From: an uncultured Gammaproteobacteria bacterium
GTDB lineage: Bacteria; Pseudomonadota; Gammaproteobacteria; CAWCPV01
NCBI GenBank assembly: GCA_963797555.1
Contig: CAWCPV010000014.1
Location: 288,001 to 352,000 of the forward strand
DNA length: 64,000 nucleotides
Direction of reading: 5' to 3'
The translations under genes were made by a program, and so were the position numbers. Below the pieces are notes generated by a model. It did not search any database and had not been told where the DNA came from. It saw nothing but the letters and a program-made list of their open reading frames with translations. The first letter of the stretch is position 1. Every line of letters starts with the position of its first letter. Below, piece by piece: positions 30,437 through 41,423 of the stretch.

Positions 30437-31640
30437 TCAGCCCTCTTCGGGCTCGCGCGGCAGCGGCTCACCAGAAACCGAGTTTCGTCGCGCTGTAGCG
30501 ATCACCCGTGATTTCCATACCAGATAGACCGCTGGAATCACCGCAAGCGTGAGAAGGGCGACACTGACCATACCGCCCACCATGGGTGCCGCGATGCGCC
30601 GCATGACCTCCGATCCGGCCCCGTTCCTTAGCAGAATGGGCAGCAGCGCGGCGACGATCGCCGCCTTGGTCATGGTGACCGGCCGCAACCGCAGCAGCGC
30701 GCCCTCCACCACCGCAGCCTTGACGTCCTCCGGCGTCAGGCCGGCCGCGCCGCGCACCTCCCGCCGCCGCGCCAACGCTCGATCTAGGTAGAGCATCATC
30801 ACCACCCCGATCTCCACCACCACCCCGCCCAAGGCGATGAAGCCGATCGCCGAGGCCACCGAGAGATGGTAGCCGAGCAGGTACATGAGCCCGAAACCGC
30901 CCACCAGCGCGAGCGGCAAGGTCGCTAGGATGATAAGCATCCCCGTCAGGGTGCGGAAGTTGAGATACAGCAGCACCAAGATGAAGGCGAGGGTGAGCGG
31001 CACCACCAGCCACAGCCGCTCCTTCGCCCGCTCCCACTGCTCGTACTGGCCTGACCAGGCGACCGAGTAGCCCGGCAACAGCTCGACCCGGTCCGCCACC
31101 GCCTGTTTCGCCGCGGCCACCGACGATTCCCGGACCATGCTCAGAGACGGGCTCGCACCAAGGCGTCGGCTAACGCCGCGGGCTCGCACCAATGACATGT
31201 CGGTCATCTCGGCGCTGCCGCTCACCTTGTACCTCATCGGCGTTTCTTCCAGAACACCTGGCCCGCGCGCGGGATTGGGTGGCTCAGAGCTTGTGAAGAA
31301 ATCGTCGCGAGCGGCCCGAGAGCAAGGCGTACGGAGCGCAGCGACGAGACATATCAAGTAGATAGGCGAGGAGCGACCGAATGGCAGGACAGCCATTCGG
31401 CACGTCTGCGGGACGCCCCGAAGGGGTGGCGTACAGGGAGGTACGCCATGAACACCGCGCAACGCCGCTATCGGGACACGCACCAGATTTATTCACAAGC
31501 TCTCAGTCAGGTTCATGCCGCCTACTGCGGTGGCGATGACCTCGTGCACGTCTGCGACGTTCAGGCCGAGCCTCACCATTGCCCGGCGATCGGGGGTGAT
31601 CACGATGTATCTGCCCGCCGACAGCCGCTCGGCGATCGCC
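30437..31640 (-). pseudogene. cusA: CusA/CzcA heavy-metal RND pump remnant interrupted by a MITE
   Basis: C-terminal WSGQYE..RLRPVTMT..GSEVMRRIAAPMVGG; separate mid fragment AERLSAGRYIVITPDR..VIATAVGGMNLT at about 31505-31640. Confidence 0.8.
31287..31502 (+). mobile_element. MITE, best-preserved copy (216 bp)
   Basis: Perfect 11-bp TIR GAGCTTGTGAA / TTCACAAGCTC flanked by TCA on both sides; non-coding and hairpin-rich. Confidence 0.85.
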
Positions 31641-31767
31641 GGCCAGAAGCGCGAGTTTCATCGGTTCTCCTCTTCCTGCCGGCGAGTCCGGTCTCTGGCG
31701 CACAAAAAATCAGGGAAGGGATTGCTCCCTTCCCCGAGGCACAACGTCTTAGCGTCTTATGGCGTGT

Positions 31768-34700
31768 TTAGTTGATTGGTGCAGGGAACGGAAACGGCGT
31801 CGCGTTCACATACGCCGACGGCCCCGCTGCGTTGTAGGACTGGACGTGGAAATACCACGACGTGTTGCGTGCTAGGTTGTTCCCCGACGTCCACGTCGTA
31901 AGGTTGGCCCCAACCGTGGCCGTCTGGGTCACCGGCGCGAACCCCGCATTGTTGGCGAGCTGCATCCGGAAGCCCGTCTCGTTGGCGGAGTTGTCGGTCC
32001 AGGTCACCGTACACCTGGCGGTTGCGGTGGTGCCAACCCTGGCGCACGTCACCTGAACGTTGCTGGGAGGCGCCGGCGGGGCCGGTACGACCACCGGGGC
32101 CGAGGTCGCGTAACCCGACTGAGCGCACGCGGCCACGGCCGCCACCCGGTAAACGTAGGTGTTGCCCTTCTGAACCGTCGTGTCGGTGTAGGACACGCCC
32201 CCCACATTGTTTCTTGGCGGGAGATTCGCGATCACGTTCCACGTCGCGCCGCTGTCGGCTGAACGCTGCACGACGAAGCCCGTCTCGTTGGTGGCGTGGT
32301 CCGAAAAGGCCAGGCGAACCGTCGGGTTCGCCGGCGTCTGCAGCGTCGCCGTCAGGCCCGTCGGAGCCGCTGGCACCCCCGCCGTCTGGCTCACACAGAC
32401 CGGGTTCGAGAATCCGGAGACGGCGGTCAACTGAGGATAGGCGGAATTGGGCACCGTGGCGCCCACCGTGTTGGAGGCGAACACCCTGAAATAAGCGGGC
32501 TGGGTGCCGACTGGATTCTGGAACGTCGTCACGTTCGGCAGAACCGTGAAGGTCGTAAGCCCCGTCGTGAAGTTGGCGTCCGTAGCCATCTGGACGGTGA
32601 AGCTCGTCTCGTTGGCGGAGTTGTCCGTCCAGCTCAGGTTCGCGGCCCCGTTGCTCACAGAGCCGCTGAGGTTGGTCGGCGCCTCCGGGGGAGCGACGAT
32701 CGCGAGCGTACGCATCATGTCGTTCTCCTCGTGACCGAGGAGATGGCAGTGCCACACGTGCTCCCAGCCGAAATTGGTCATTTCGTTGGCCACGGTCACC
32801 GGATTCCCGTTCGGGTCCACCCCCGTGAACCCTGTCGTCACACCAGGCGGCTGCGTCGGGTCGAGCAGACGCCAGCTATTGGGAACCTTGAACGGCAGGT
32901 CGAGCGTCTTGGGCCGGATCGCCACGAAAACGTCCTCCAGCGGGTTCATCCGTACCGTGTCCTTCCAGCCCAGCTCGTTGGCATCCGGCTTCCTGATGGC
33001 CCCGTCCCAGCCGACCCGGTTGATCACCTGCACGTGGAACATGTGGAAGTGGATGGCGTGGGTGTCCACGCCATTGTGCGTGATCTTCCAGATCTGAGTG
33101 CCGTCCGCCGCCTCGCCGATCGCAGGGGTGCCGTGCGCGGCCGTCAGCCTGACCAGCTCGGTGGGCGGATCGATGTAGGCCTGAGGGATCGACGTTCGGT
33201 TCTGGATCGTGGTATGCCGGATCTCAATGCCGAGGATGGCGTCCATCCGCCCATAGTCCACCGTGAAGTCCTCGATGATGGACTTCGGCTCCAGCTCCAG
33301 CGTGAGCGGAGCAGTTTGGCCGATGGGAGTGAACGTCAGCGAGGTGCCCTGGATCGTCGAGAAGTTCACCCCGGGCACGTCGGTGGTCGTCGTGCCGTAG
33401 ACCGGATCGTACGCATTCTGCGGAACGATGATCGGCTCCTGGGAGGAGGCGAAGGCGGCCGGCAACGCCGTCTGGAGATCGGACAGGATGGTCGGGTTGA
33501 CGTAGTCCACGCCACCCGTTCCACCACTTCCCCTAACCCGGATCTGCATGAGGGTCCGTATGTTGGGTCCGTAGCCAGGCAGCGTCGAGGGCGCACCGCC
33601 CGTGTCCGTCTGGTCCGGGTCACCCGTGTAGTAGTCGAGCCGCGGGTCCGCTGCCGGGACGGGGGCGGGCGAGTCGTTGTAGAGGATCAGCGTCTTGCCC
33701 GCGAACGGGGAGAAGTCGACGACGACGTCCGCCCGCTGAGCCGGGCCCAAGAGGAGCGCCTTCTCGTTGACGTTGCCGACCACGATGTCTCTACGGTTGT
33801 AGACGTAGTTCACAGGCTGGTTCTTGATCACCACGGGACCCGGCAGGAAGCCGCCCTCGGTGCCGATCTGGATCATGGCCGGACCACGCGTGTCTGGATC
33901 CGGCACGCCGCCGTCGCGATCATCGAAGGTAAATCCGTTCGGGATGCGCGTATACCACCAGGTTGGGAACGGCTTCGCGTGGTCTTGGGTCGAGTTGAAG
34001 GGCACCATCTTGACTTCGGTGCAGTCCGCCTCGTTTACGGGTGTCGTGCCATCGCAGAGCACGGCGCCGGTGGTGCCTGCCGTGGTCGGATGGGTCTTGT
34101 CGGCGGCCACGAACAGCGACAGGTTGAAGAACCGGTCGTTGGCGACGCTGAGGATCCGCAACCGATACGGCTTGGGATCGACCTCGACGTAGGGGTAGGC
34201 GGTGCCGTTGATCACCGGGGTGTCCATGAAGGACTCCGGGCTGCCGGAGGGCGAGACGAGGCGCGCATCGGGCGTGCCGGGGATGGTCGGAGGCTCACCC
34301 GCCGGACATGTCGGGTTGCACATGGGGTTCGCGATTGGCCCGTACACGAGACCCGTAAACGGAGGCCAGAACCAGGGACCATAGTCCCAGCGGCCCATGG
34401 CGTTTGCCCCGGAGATATCGTACGGATTCTGGTTCGGCATATAGACGTGCGGAAACCAGAGCTGACCGAAGCCCCCCCAGTTGGTCGTATCCCAGGTGGG
34501 ATCCTGGGCTTCAAGCTGTGAGTTGAAAGTCCCCACGGCGTTCGTGAATCCTCCGCTGGTGGGGGGCACGAAGGTCTTTTCCTGGATGACCAGGGGAATC
34601 TGGTCGGCGGGGATCGTCCCGTTCCCAACCAGCGTCTGTTCGGTCGGGTCCTGCAAGACGTAGGCCCCGGCCATGCCGACGTAGACGTTGAGGCGCGTGA

Positions 34701-36159
34701 TGCCGAGCGCGTGGTCGTGGTAGAACATCAGCCGGGCGCTCTGCTGATTGGTGTAGTACATCGTCACCGCCCCTGGACCGGGGTCGTTCGTCGCCCCGGG
34801 GACCGAGCATGTCGTCTGCCCCGCGCAGGCCGTGACGGTATTGCCCGCAGCATCGAACCACATATCGGGGACGTTCTGCTCGCTGGCGCCCTTGGGGTAG
34901 GAGGTGGTTTCGCCCGCGGGTGTGTTCCACTGGTGAGGCGTCCCGTCGCTGATCCACGGGGTGGCGCCGCCATGGAGGTGCACGGTGGCGCGGTTCTGGG
35001 TGTACTCTTCCGTCCCCCCGTTGGGACCGGTCCCCACCCCCATGTAGGTGGTATCCGTCGGGATGAAGAGATCGCCGGCACGGTGACCGTTGACCGGCGG
35101 GCCAAAGGGCAGCTCGTTGATGTACTTCACGCGCACTGGCCTTGCCTTCTGCGCGACGATGACGGGTCCCAGGTACTGAATGTTGCTGCCGCCCGGGTCC
35201 GCCGGGTTGTTGACCTGCACGTAGCCCCGCAGTCGGGTGGGCGGCAGGTCCGAGTGCATCTGTTTCGTGTACTCCCGGAACGCGATCTCGTAGTAATCGG
35301 AGCCCGGATAGGTGGTCGTGTCCGGGACCGCAATCGGCAGAGACTGCCCGAGGTTGTTTGGGGTATTCAATTGCGGCAGGGAGTCCACGAACTTCCGCAT
35401 GCCGCCCGAGATGGTGGTGGTCGTGGTGCCGGTGTCGACGGTGGCCGCAATGGAGTACGTCCGAGTCTGCGAAAAGATTGGGAAGCCTGGGTCTACGCCG
35501 AGGGTAATCGTCCCACTCACCGAAGGCGCCGCGGGGGCCGGGTAGCTGAGGACGTCGGCACCGGATCCTGCATCGTCGACGGGGACACCTTCCCCGTAGA
35601 AGGCGATCACGTCACCCTGCTGCACGGGGACGCCCCCCGGCACTTGGAACACCGCCACTTCCGAGGCACCAGCCACAGTCGGGCTCGGCACTGTGAGCAG
35701 CCCGCTTTGATACACAACCGTGTATTGGTTCGCGGTGCCGGTAGGCCGCAGCACATAGGCATAGAAACTGCCATTCGTGTTAGTGCCGTCTCCGGCCGAT
35801 GGCGTCGGACTCCCCCCCGTCGTCGCCTGATTCCATGTGGAAAAGCTCTGGAGTGTGCCAGCGGGCAGCACCGCCGTGGGAATGACCACCAATACCGGGG
35901 CGAGCGGTGGTTGGCCGCTGAGCGGAGGGTAGTCGGTGGCATATTGGCGGTCGGCGTTCACCGCATTCCCGACCGTATTGAGCACCGGCGTGGAGGCGAC
36001 CACCGGGAGTGGGCTGTCGGCATAGTTGGGGTAAACGCCGAAATAATCCGGCGTCTGACCAGGCCCTGGCACTGCGGAAACCGTTACCGCTGCGGCGAGC
36101 CCAGCGGCACCAGCGAGCAGCGCCACCCGTCCCTGTAACGAGCGTCTGTGCCTGTTCAT
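31768..36159 (-). CDS. Large secreted multicopper oxidase with C-terminal FN3 domains (MofA/OmpB-like)
   Basis: All four Cu motifs: VHLHGG, MFYHDH, HAIHFHMFH, WHCHLLGHEENDM; signal peptide; three WTDNSANET-type FN3 repeats. Confidence 0.9.
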   Translation of the reverse strand: MNRHRRSLQGRVALLAGAAGLAAAVTVSAVPGPGQTPDYFGVYPNYADSPLPVVASTPVLNTVGNAVNADRQYATDYPPLSGQPPLAPVLVVIPTAVLPAGTLQSFSTWNQATTGGSPTPSAGDGTNTNGSFYAYVLRPTGTANQYTVVYQSGLLTVPSPTVAGASEVAVFQVPGGVPVQQGDVIAFYGEGVPVDDAGSGADVLSYPAPAAPSVSGTITLGVDPGFPIFSQTRTYSIAATVDTGTTTTTISGGMRKFVDSLPQLNTPNNLGQSLPIAVPDTTTYPGSDYYEIAFREYTKQMHSDLPPTRLRGYVQVNNPADPGGSNIQYLGPVIVAQKARPVRVKYINELPFGPPVNGHRAGDLFIPTDTTYMGVGTGPNGGTEEYTQNRATVHLHGGATPWISDGTPHQWNTPAGETTSYPKGASEQNVPDMWFDAAGNTVTACAGQTTCSVPGATNDPGPGAVTMYYTNQQSARLMFYHDHALGITRLNVYVGMAGAYVLQDPTEQTLVGNGTIPADQIPLVIQEKTFVPPTSGGFTNAVGTFNSQLEAQDPTWDTTNWGGFGQLWFPHVYMPNQNPYDISGANAMGRWDYGPWFWPPFTGLVYGPIANPMCNPTCPAGEPPTIPGTPDARLVSPSGSPESFMDTPVINGTAYPYVEVDPKPYRLRILSVANDRFFNLSLFVAADKTHPTTAGTTGAVLCDGTTPVNEADCTEVKMVPFNSTQDHAKPFPTWWYTRIPNGFTFDDRDGGVPDPDTRGPAMIQIGTEGGFLPGPVVIKNQPVNYVYNRRDIVVGNVNEKALLLGPAQRADVVVDFSPFAGKTLILYNDSPAPVPAADPRLDYYTGDPDQTDTGGAPSTLPGYGPNIRTLMQIRVRGSGGTGGVDYVNPTILSDLQTALPAAFASSQEPIIVPQNAYDPVYGTTTTDVPGVNFSTIQGTSLTFTPIGQTAPLTLELEPKSIIEDFTVDYGRMDAILGIEIRHTTIQNRTSIPQAYIDPPTELVRLTAAHGTPAIGEAADGTQIWKITHNGVDTHAIHFHMFHVQVINRVGWDGAIRKPDANELGWKDTVRMNPLEDVFVAIRPKTLDLPFKVPNSWRLLDPTQPPGVTTGFTGVDPNGNPVTVANEMTNFGWEHVWHCHLLGHEENDMMRTLAIVAPPEAPTNLSGSVSNGAANLSWTDNSANETSFTVQMATDANFTTGLTTFTVLPNVTTFQNPVGTQPAYFRVFASNTVGATVPNSAYPQLTAVSGFSNPVCVSQTAGVPAAPTGLTATLQTPANPTVRLAFSDHATNETGFVVQRSADSGATWNVIANLPPRNNVGGVSYTDTTVQKGNTYVYRVAAVAACAQSGYATSAPVVVPAPPAPPSNVQVTCARVGTTATARCTVTWTDNSANETGFRMQLANNAGFAPVTQTATVGANLTTWTSGNNLARNTSWYFHVQSYNAAGPSAYVNATPFPFPAPIN

Positions 36160-36506
36160 TTGCTTTTCCCTCCCGCTTTGGTGCCATGGGGCGCTGCGGC
36201 ACCCTCCGCTGCGGCACCCTCCCCTGCGGCACGAGCCGCGGCGGCACGACGGGCTGCGGCCTTCCTATCAGCCGCTGTAATGCACTTCGCTCCCCGCGCC
36301 ATACCCAGGCAGCGGGTCCAGGTGACGTTGCCGCGTCCTTTGAAGTGTTCATTCCAGTGGCCGTTGTCCTTGGTCGCCGGCTGCGCCACCTGGCCTGTGC
36401 CCCAAGGCTGCGCCGCTTGGCCTGGTGCCCAGACAAAGACAGCGATCAACGCGGTTTGCGTCAGTAGCAATCGGGTGCGTTTGTTCATTTTCATTCCCTC
36501 CGCCAC
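36156..36506 (-). CDS. Small secreted Ala/Arg-rich protein coupled to the multicopper oxidase
   Basis: Hydrophobic leader; ITAADRKAAARRAAAARAA; ATGA overlap with the oxidase start. Confidence 0.6.
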   Translation of the reverse strand: MAEGMKMNKRTRLLLTQTALIAVFVWAPGQAAQPWGTGQVAQPATKDNGHWNEHFKGRGNVTWTRCLGMARGAKCITAADRKAAARRAAAARAAGEGAAAEGAAAPHGTKAGGKSK

Positions 36507-36551
36507 AAAACAGGCAACCCTTGTGTTAACGACTCCCCACCGGGGGCAGCG

Positions 36552-36595
36552 ATTGTCCTTTGAACGCGTGCTGTTGTCAAGATCCTGACGTCAGG
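36552..36595 (-). promoter_or_regulatory. Sigma70-like promoter with upstream palindrome
   Basis: TTGACA-17 nt-GACAAT on the minus strand; perfect palindrome CCTGACGTCAGG at 36584-36595. Confidence 0.5.
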
Positions 36596-36907
36596 CTATG
36601 AATCCGCCCTCGAAGGCAAGGAAACTTCGCCTGTTCCATGTTGAGAGGAAAGCCTCACCGCCACGGGAAGATCCCGCCCTCCGGGCGAATGTGCTGGCCG
36701 TCCGTGATCGGGCAATTGACCGCAAAGGACTATCGGCTTTCCAGGGTTATAATCGGCTGACCGACTTCTGTCATCCCAATCTCCCACAAAGTCTTGGCAG
36801 TTTTCCGGAAAAGTAGGATGCACCAGCGGGCGGCCCCGGGATCTGCAGGGGCGGACGTGGTCCACTTCACCGCCGTTGTCCGGATTGTGACGCAGTCCTG
36901 ACGTGTC

Positions 36908-37552
36908 ATGGCCGCCCGGGACGAATCGTGGATCGAGAACTCTGACGTACTGTCGCTCTTTCCGACCCTGGTCTGGCAGATCCAGCTTAGGGCCGAGCGC
37001 CACGAGCCCATAGACGCGGCGATCCTCGGGGCCCTGCGTGATCTCCGGCGTTCTTCTCCGACACTCGCACCGGGAGAGGCATGGCAGTCGGGTCAAACGC
37101 TGCACGACCGGACGGAACTGGCCGGTCTGATCGCATGCATCGACGACAGCGTCAGGCGCATCCTGCGATTTCTGAAGATCGGTTATCACGCGGTCCAGAT
37201 CACAGGCTGCTGGGCCAACGTAAGCACGAAGGGCGCATCCCACGGCATACATAGCCATCCGAACAACTTCCTGAGCGGTGTCTATTACGTGCAGACGCAG
37301 ACGGGCGCGGACACCATAAACTTTCACGACCCCAGACCACAGACAAGCATCCTCCGGCCCGCCGTGACCGAGCTGACGGCTCATAACACGGACCAGGTCG
37401 TGGTGCGCGTGAGGAACGGCACCCTTCTGCTATTCCCCTCCTACCTGCCGCACTCGGTTTCACCGAACCTAAGCGAGGGGGAGAGAATCAGCGTCAGCTT
37501 CAACGTGATGTTCTCCTCGTTTGCCGAGACCCTCGGCAAGCCCTTGTGGTAA
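36908..37552 (+). CDS. 2OG-Fe(II) oxygenase family protein (TIGR02466-like)
   Basis: LFPT, WANV..HGIHSHPNNFLSGVYY, FPSYLPHSV, RISVSFN. Confidence 0.85.
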   Translation: MAARDESWIENSDVLSLFPTLVWQIQLRAERHEPIDAAILGALRDLRRSSPTLAPGEAWQSGQTLHDRTELAGLIACIDDSVRRILRFLKIGYHAVQITGCWANVSTKGASHGIHSHPNNFLSGVYYVQTQTGADTINFHDPRPQTSILRPAVTELTAHNTDQVVVRVRNGTLLLFPSYLPHSVSPNLSEGERISVSFNVMFSSFAETLGKPLW

Positions 37553-37758
37553 AGAGAGCAGCCTGACGGCGTGCGGTCAGCGCGTATCGATTAGGCTCAG
37601 CCAGGCTGTCTCAGAGCTTGCGAATGAACCCGCCGCGTCCCCTCAGCGGCGCAACTCTCCCCCTCGCCGCTTGGCGAGGCACCTCCCCCCCTGGGGCTGT
37701 TTACTCCCGCTGCGACAGGAGTCACTATGCGCCTGCACGGCTTCGGGAGCGCAGCATC

Positions 37759-38454
37759 ATGTCCATGTCCGACCACCGGCTCGACCCCGCCGAGCGCATG
37801 ATCCGCGACATCAGGCGCGAGGTGGACCTTACCCGAAAGCTCATCGGGAAGGATGCCCTGGACCCGCGGGTCATGGCCGCCATGCGGGACGTCCCCCGCC
37901 ACGAGTTCGTATCGCCGGCCGACGGATACCTGGCATACACCAACGCACCGGTGCCCATCGGGCATGGACAAACCGTCTCTCAACCCTACATCGTGGCGCT
38001 CATGAGCGACCTGTTGGCGCCGCAGATGGAGGATGTCATCCTCGAAATCGGAACCGGCTCCGGATACCAGGCCGCCATATTGTCGCGGCTGGTCCGACGG
38101 GTTTACAGCATCGAACGCATCGAAGAGCTGGCCGACGCGGCCGCCGAGCGCCTCTCCCGCCTCGGCTACAGCAACGTAGAGGTCAGGACCGGCGACGGCT
38201 ACTTTGGCTGGGCGGAGCACGCCCCCTTCGACGGCATCATCGTGACGGCCGCTGCACCCCACGTACCCCGACCCCTCATCGAGCAGCTCAAGGCCGGGGC
38301 GCGCCTCGTCATCCCGGTGAACACGCTTTTTTTCAGCCAGACTCTGGCTGTGGTGGGGAGGGCGGAGGACGGCAGCGTACAACGCCGGGACGTGCTCGAC
38401 GTGGCTTTCGTGCCGCTAACCGGTCCCGCGCACGACCGGCCGGCCAGCGTATGA
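37759..38454 (+). CDS. pcm: Protein-L-isoaspartate O-methyltransferase
   Basis: VPRHEFV, GQTVSQPYIVA, LEIGTGSGYQAA, APFDGIIVTAAA. Confidence 0.93.
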   Translation: MSMSDHRLDPAERMIRDIRREVDLTRKLIGKDALDPRVMAAMRDVPRHEFVSPADGYLAYTNAPVPIGHGQTVSQPYIVALMSDLLAPQMEDVILEIGTGSGYQAAILSRLVRRVYSIERIEELADAAAERLSRLGYSNVEVRTGDGYFGWAEHAPFDGIIVTAAAPHVPRPLIEQLKAGARLVIPVNTLFFSQTLAVVGRAEDGSVQRRDVLDVAFVPLTGPAHDRPASV

Positions 38455-38678
38455 GGCGCTGATGGCCACGCCGCGCAGCACAGGGTCCGGTACAGCACCG
38501 CACTCGCCGCGGCGGCCCGAAGGCGAGAACCGAAGCCGCTGGGGAGCCGCCCATAGGCGTGAACGAATGCGAAGCCTGGCACACGGGTGGCTGTCTGGCG
38601 GGAAGGAGGGCCGGTCGCGCTGGCGGTGACATGAACCCCTTCCCCGCCCCTACGACCCGGACCTCCTGGTCGCGGACA

Positions 38679-40013
38679 TCAGTGATTCCCACGTGGCCGT
38701 GCACCGGCCCGCACCGCTCCTCGCCGTTGCGGGCGAGGCTCGGGACTACGTGTACCAGAAGCGCACCGGCCCTTCGGAGCCTGAGGCGGCTGGCGGGCCA
38801 TCGACAGCAACGCCAAGGCAGCAAGCGCCGTCACACCGGCAGCGCTCAGGAACGCCGTCCCCATGCCCCAGTGCTGCCAGAGCAGTCCGAAAAGCACACC
38901 GCCGGGAAGCGCCATCACCCCACTCACCAGATGATACAGGCCGTATGCCGTCGCCTTCTGGTCAGGAGGCGCGAAGTCACCGATGAGCGCCCGCTCGGCC
39001 GGCTCGGTCACGGCGAGCGCAGCAGCATAGGCCAGGAACAGGCTCCAGACCAAGAGGATGCCGTCGACAGCCAGCGCCAAACGAACCAGCACGAGGATGC
39101 GCAGCCCCCATCCGATGACCACCACGGGCAGGCGGCCGAATCGGTCAGATGCAGTGCCCGCCGGCAGGGTCACCAGCGCCTTGGCGACGTGGGCCGCGGC
39201 CCAGATGAGCGGAACCCACACTACGGCCAACCCCTGGGCCTGCGCCCACAGGACCAGAAAGACCTCGGGCGTGGTGCCCAGGGCAAGCCCGGCAGCGGCC
39301 ACGATCAGCCCGCGCAGCCGCACGTCCAGACTGCGCCAGCGTAACGCCGCGCGCTCGCCGGAAGCGTCCGGCGGGGCTGATGGCAGCGCGAGGAGCAGAA
39401 GGAAAACGACCAGGGCGCCGGGAATGACGGAGAGGAGAAAGACAGTCGGCATTCCCACACCCTCCTGGAGCAAGCAGAAGGCGAACAGGGGTCCGACGAC
39501 GGCGCCGACGTGGTCCATGGCACGGTGGAAGCCGAAGGCGCGTCCGCGGATCGCCGCAGGTACCGCCGCCGCAATCAGGGCGTCTCGAGGAGACGTACGC
39601 AGGCCCTTGCCGGCGCGATCGATGAAGCGCAGCGCGAGCACCCAGCCCCAGCCGAGCGCCATGCCGATGAGCGGCCGCGCCGCGTTGGAAGCGCCGTATC
39701 CCCCCACGACCAGCCCCTTCGGGCTCCAGCCGCGGTCGGCGAGCCGACCGGACACCAGCTTGAGCACGCTGGCAGTCGCCTCGGCCACCCCTTCCACCAG
39801 CCCCACCACGGCCGGTCCGGCCCCCAGGGTCGCAGTGAGGAACAGCGGCAACAGCGGGACGATCATCTCGCTGGCCGCATCGTTCAGCAGCGACACCGCA
39901 CCCAACAGGACGACCGTGCGCGGAAGGAAGCTGCGGTGGCCAGAATGGCTCAAGGATGAGCCGGCGGGTGGTCGGGGAGAAACCCGATCAGGCCGCGGGA
40001 TAGGTTTGATCAC
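38679..40013 (-). CDS. MFS transporter
   Basis: LGAVSLLNDAASEM, RAGKGLRTSPRDALI, GFHRAMDHVGA; about 12 TM. Confidence 0.88.
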   Translation of the reverse strand: MIKPIPRPDRVSPRPPAGSSLSHSGHRSFLPRTVVLLGAVSLLNDAASEMIVPLLPLFLTATLGAGPAVVGLVEGVAEATASVLKLVSGRLADRGWSPKGLVVGGYGASNAARPLIGMALGWGWVLALRFIDRAGKGLRTSPRDALIAAAVPAAIRGRAFGFHRAMDHVGAVVGPLFAFCLLQEGVGMPTVFLLSVIPGALVVFLLLLALPSAPPDASGERAALRWRSLDVRLRGLIVAAAGLALGTTPEVFLVLWAQAQGLAVVWVPLIWAAAHVAKALVTLPAGTASDRFGRLPVVVIGWGLRILVLVRLALAVDGILLVWSLFLAYAAALAVTEPAERALIGDFAPPDQKATAYGLYHLVSGVMALPGGVLFGLLWQHWGMGTAFLSAAGVTALAALALLSMARQPPQAPKGRCASGTRSPEPRPQRRGAVRAGARPRGNH

Positions 40014-40088
40014 AGCCGGACGGACCAGCCGCGCCGAGCCGCCGCCGGCTGCGCGCGACCCGTCACAGGAATGTGGAGAACGGCCGCA

Positions 40089-40787
40089 TCATGCTGGGAA
40101 CAGATAGGTTTCGGACATGCGGTTCAAGGCGGCCCGATAGTAGTCGAACATCAGCGCCAGCCGCAGGAACACCTCATCCAAGCGGAACTCTCGGGCCAGA
40201 GGATGACGGCCGGCCTCTTGGAAGTGGCTGCGCCCGAAGTCGACGAAGTGATGCGCGTCGACCGGCCGCCTGCCGTAACGGTGACGGTGCTCGATCCAGC
40301 GGGGGAACATGCCGGTCAGGAACAGTGCATAGTTCCCCACGTGGGAGTGGATGAGAAACCGCCGCCGAGCGTCCGCGCCGCGTGCCTCGGCAATCAGGTC
40401 GACCAGATAGCCATAAGTGGTGCGGTCGTGGGGATCTACACGGTACAGCCGCTCGGTCCGGGAGAAGAGAGCAAGCAGATTGGCCAGGTAGCTGATGAGC
40501 CTGCGGTCCAGAGAACCCCGCTGCTCCCGCAGGGTCCGGCGCAGGAGCACGTTGAACAGCAGGAACGGTGAGATATCCAACAGCAGGCGGGTCCGGTCGC
40601 ACACCTTGTGGAAAAGGTAATCGCTCGACAGCATCGACTCCAGAGTGGTCGGCAGCCGATCGATGACCTGGGCAATCTCCGCGTAGGACTCACCGGGTCT
40701 GGGGAAGCTCTCCAGGATAAACCGCAGGTCTCGATCTCCGAGCCGGCTGATCTCGGTGACCGCGAAGTCAGGTAGAGCGCTGGTCAT
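40089..40787 (-). CDS. Conserved hypothetical protein, paralog of 6498-7127
   Basis: YLANLLALFSRTERL, HVGNYALFLTGMFP. Confidence 0.75.
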   Translation of the reverse strand: MTSALPDFAVTEISRLGDRDLRFILESFPRPGESYAEIAQVIDRLPTTLESMLSSDYLFHKVCDRTRLLLDISPFLLFNVLLRRTLREQRGSLDRRLISYLANLLALFSRTERLYRVDPHDRTTYGYLVDLIAEARGADARRRFLIHSHVGNYALFLTGMFPRWIEHRHRYGRRPVDAHHFVDFGRSHFQEAGRHPLAREFRLDEVFLRLALMFDYYRAALNRMSETYLFPA

Positions 40788-40799
40788 GAATGCTCAAGT

Positions 40800-41423
40800 C
40801 TATGCACCGCCCCTCGGACCGCCCGTCCCGGCCGGCGTTGCTCGACGCGCCATCCGCAGGTCTCCGGCGGGCCGCGGTAACGGCACGCCGCTCTTGCCTT
40901 CGGCCAATGCCTTGAGGTTGGCGAGGCCCTTCTCGTAGTCCTCCCCGATCCAGCGCGGCAGCACCAGGCCCAAGAAGCGGGCCGCGAGATCATCACCGAA
41001 CTCGGTGTCGAATGCCCAGGTCACCCTCGTCCCACCACCCAGCGTTTGCAGATCGTAACTGGCGGTCGCGGTGCCGTGCGGCCCGAAGTCCAGCTTCATC
41101 ACGACCCGGCGGCCGACCTCGCTTGCCACGATCTCCAAGCTTCCGGAGCCGACATTGGGATTGTCCCTGGCCCATGTCATCCGGGCGCCGACCCCTGACT
41201 CTGGGCCCGCGAAGGTGTAATGGGTCTGGGGGTCCATGCGGGCCCAGGGTGACCACCGGTTGAAGGCACGCGGATCGTTGATGAGGGCAAACACCCTGTC
41301 CGATGGGGCCTCGATGGCAGCGCTCCGATCGACGTGCACGCGGCCGGGCAAGAGCAGCGCCACCGCGACCAGAACCAGTGCGCCGGCGACGAGCGTTCCG
41401 AGAAGCTTCTTCAGAATCCTCAT
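40800..41423 (-). CDS. SRPBCC/polyketide cyclase-family protein
   Basis: N-terminal anchor; FNRWSPW, GPESGVGARMTW, DYEKGLANLK. Confidence 0.85.
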   Translation of the reverse strand: MRILKKLLGTLVAGALVLVAVALLLPGRVHVDRSAAIEAPSDRVFALINDPRAFNRWSPWARMDPQTHYTFAGPESGVGARMTWARDNPNVGSGSLEIVASEVGRRVVMKLDFGPHGTATASYDLQTLGGGTRVTWAFDTEFGDDLAARFLGLVLPRWIGEDYEKGLANLKALAEGKSGVPLPRPAGDLRMARRATPAGTGGPRGGA

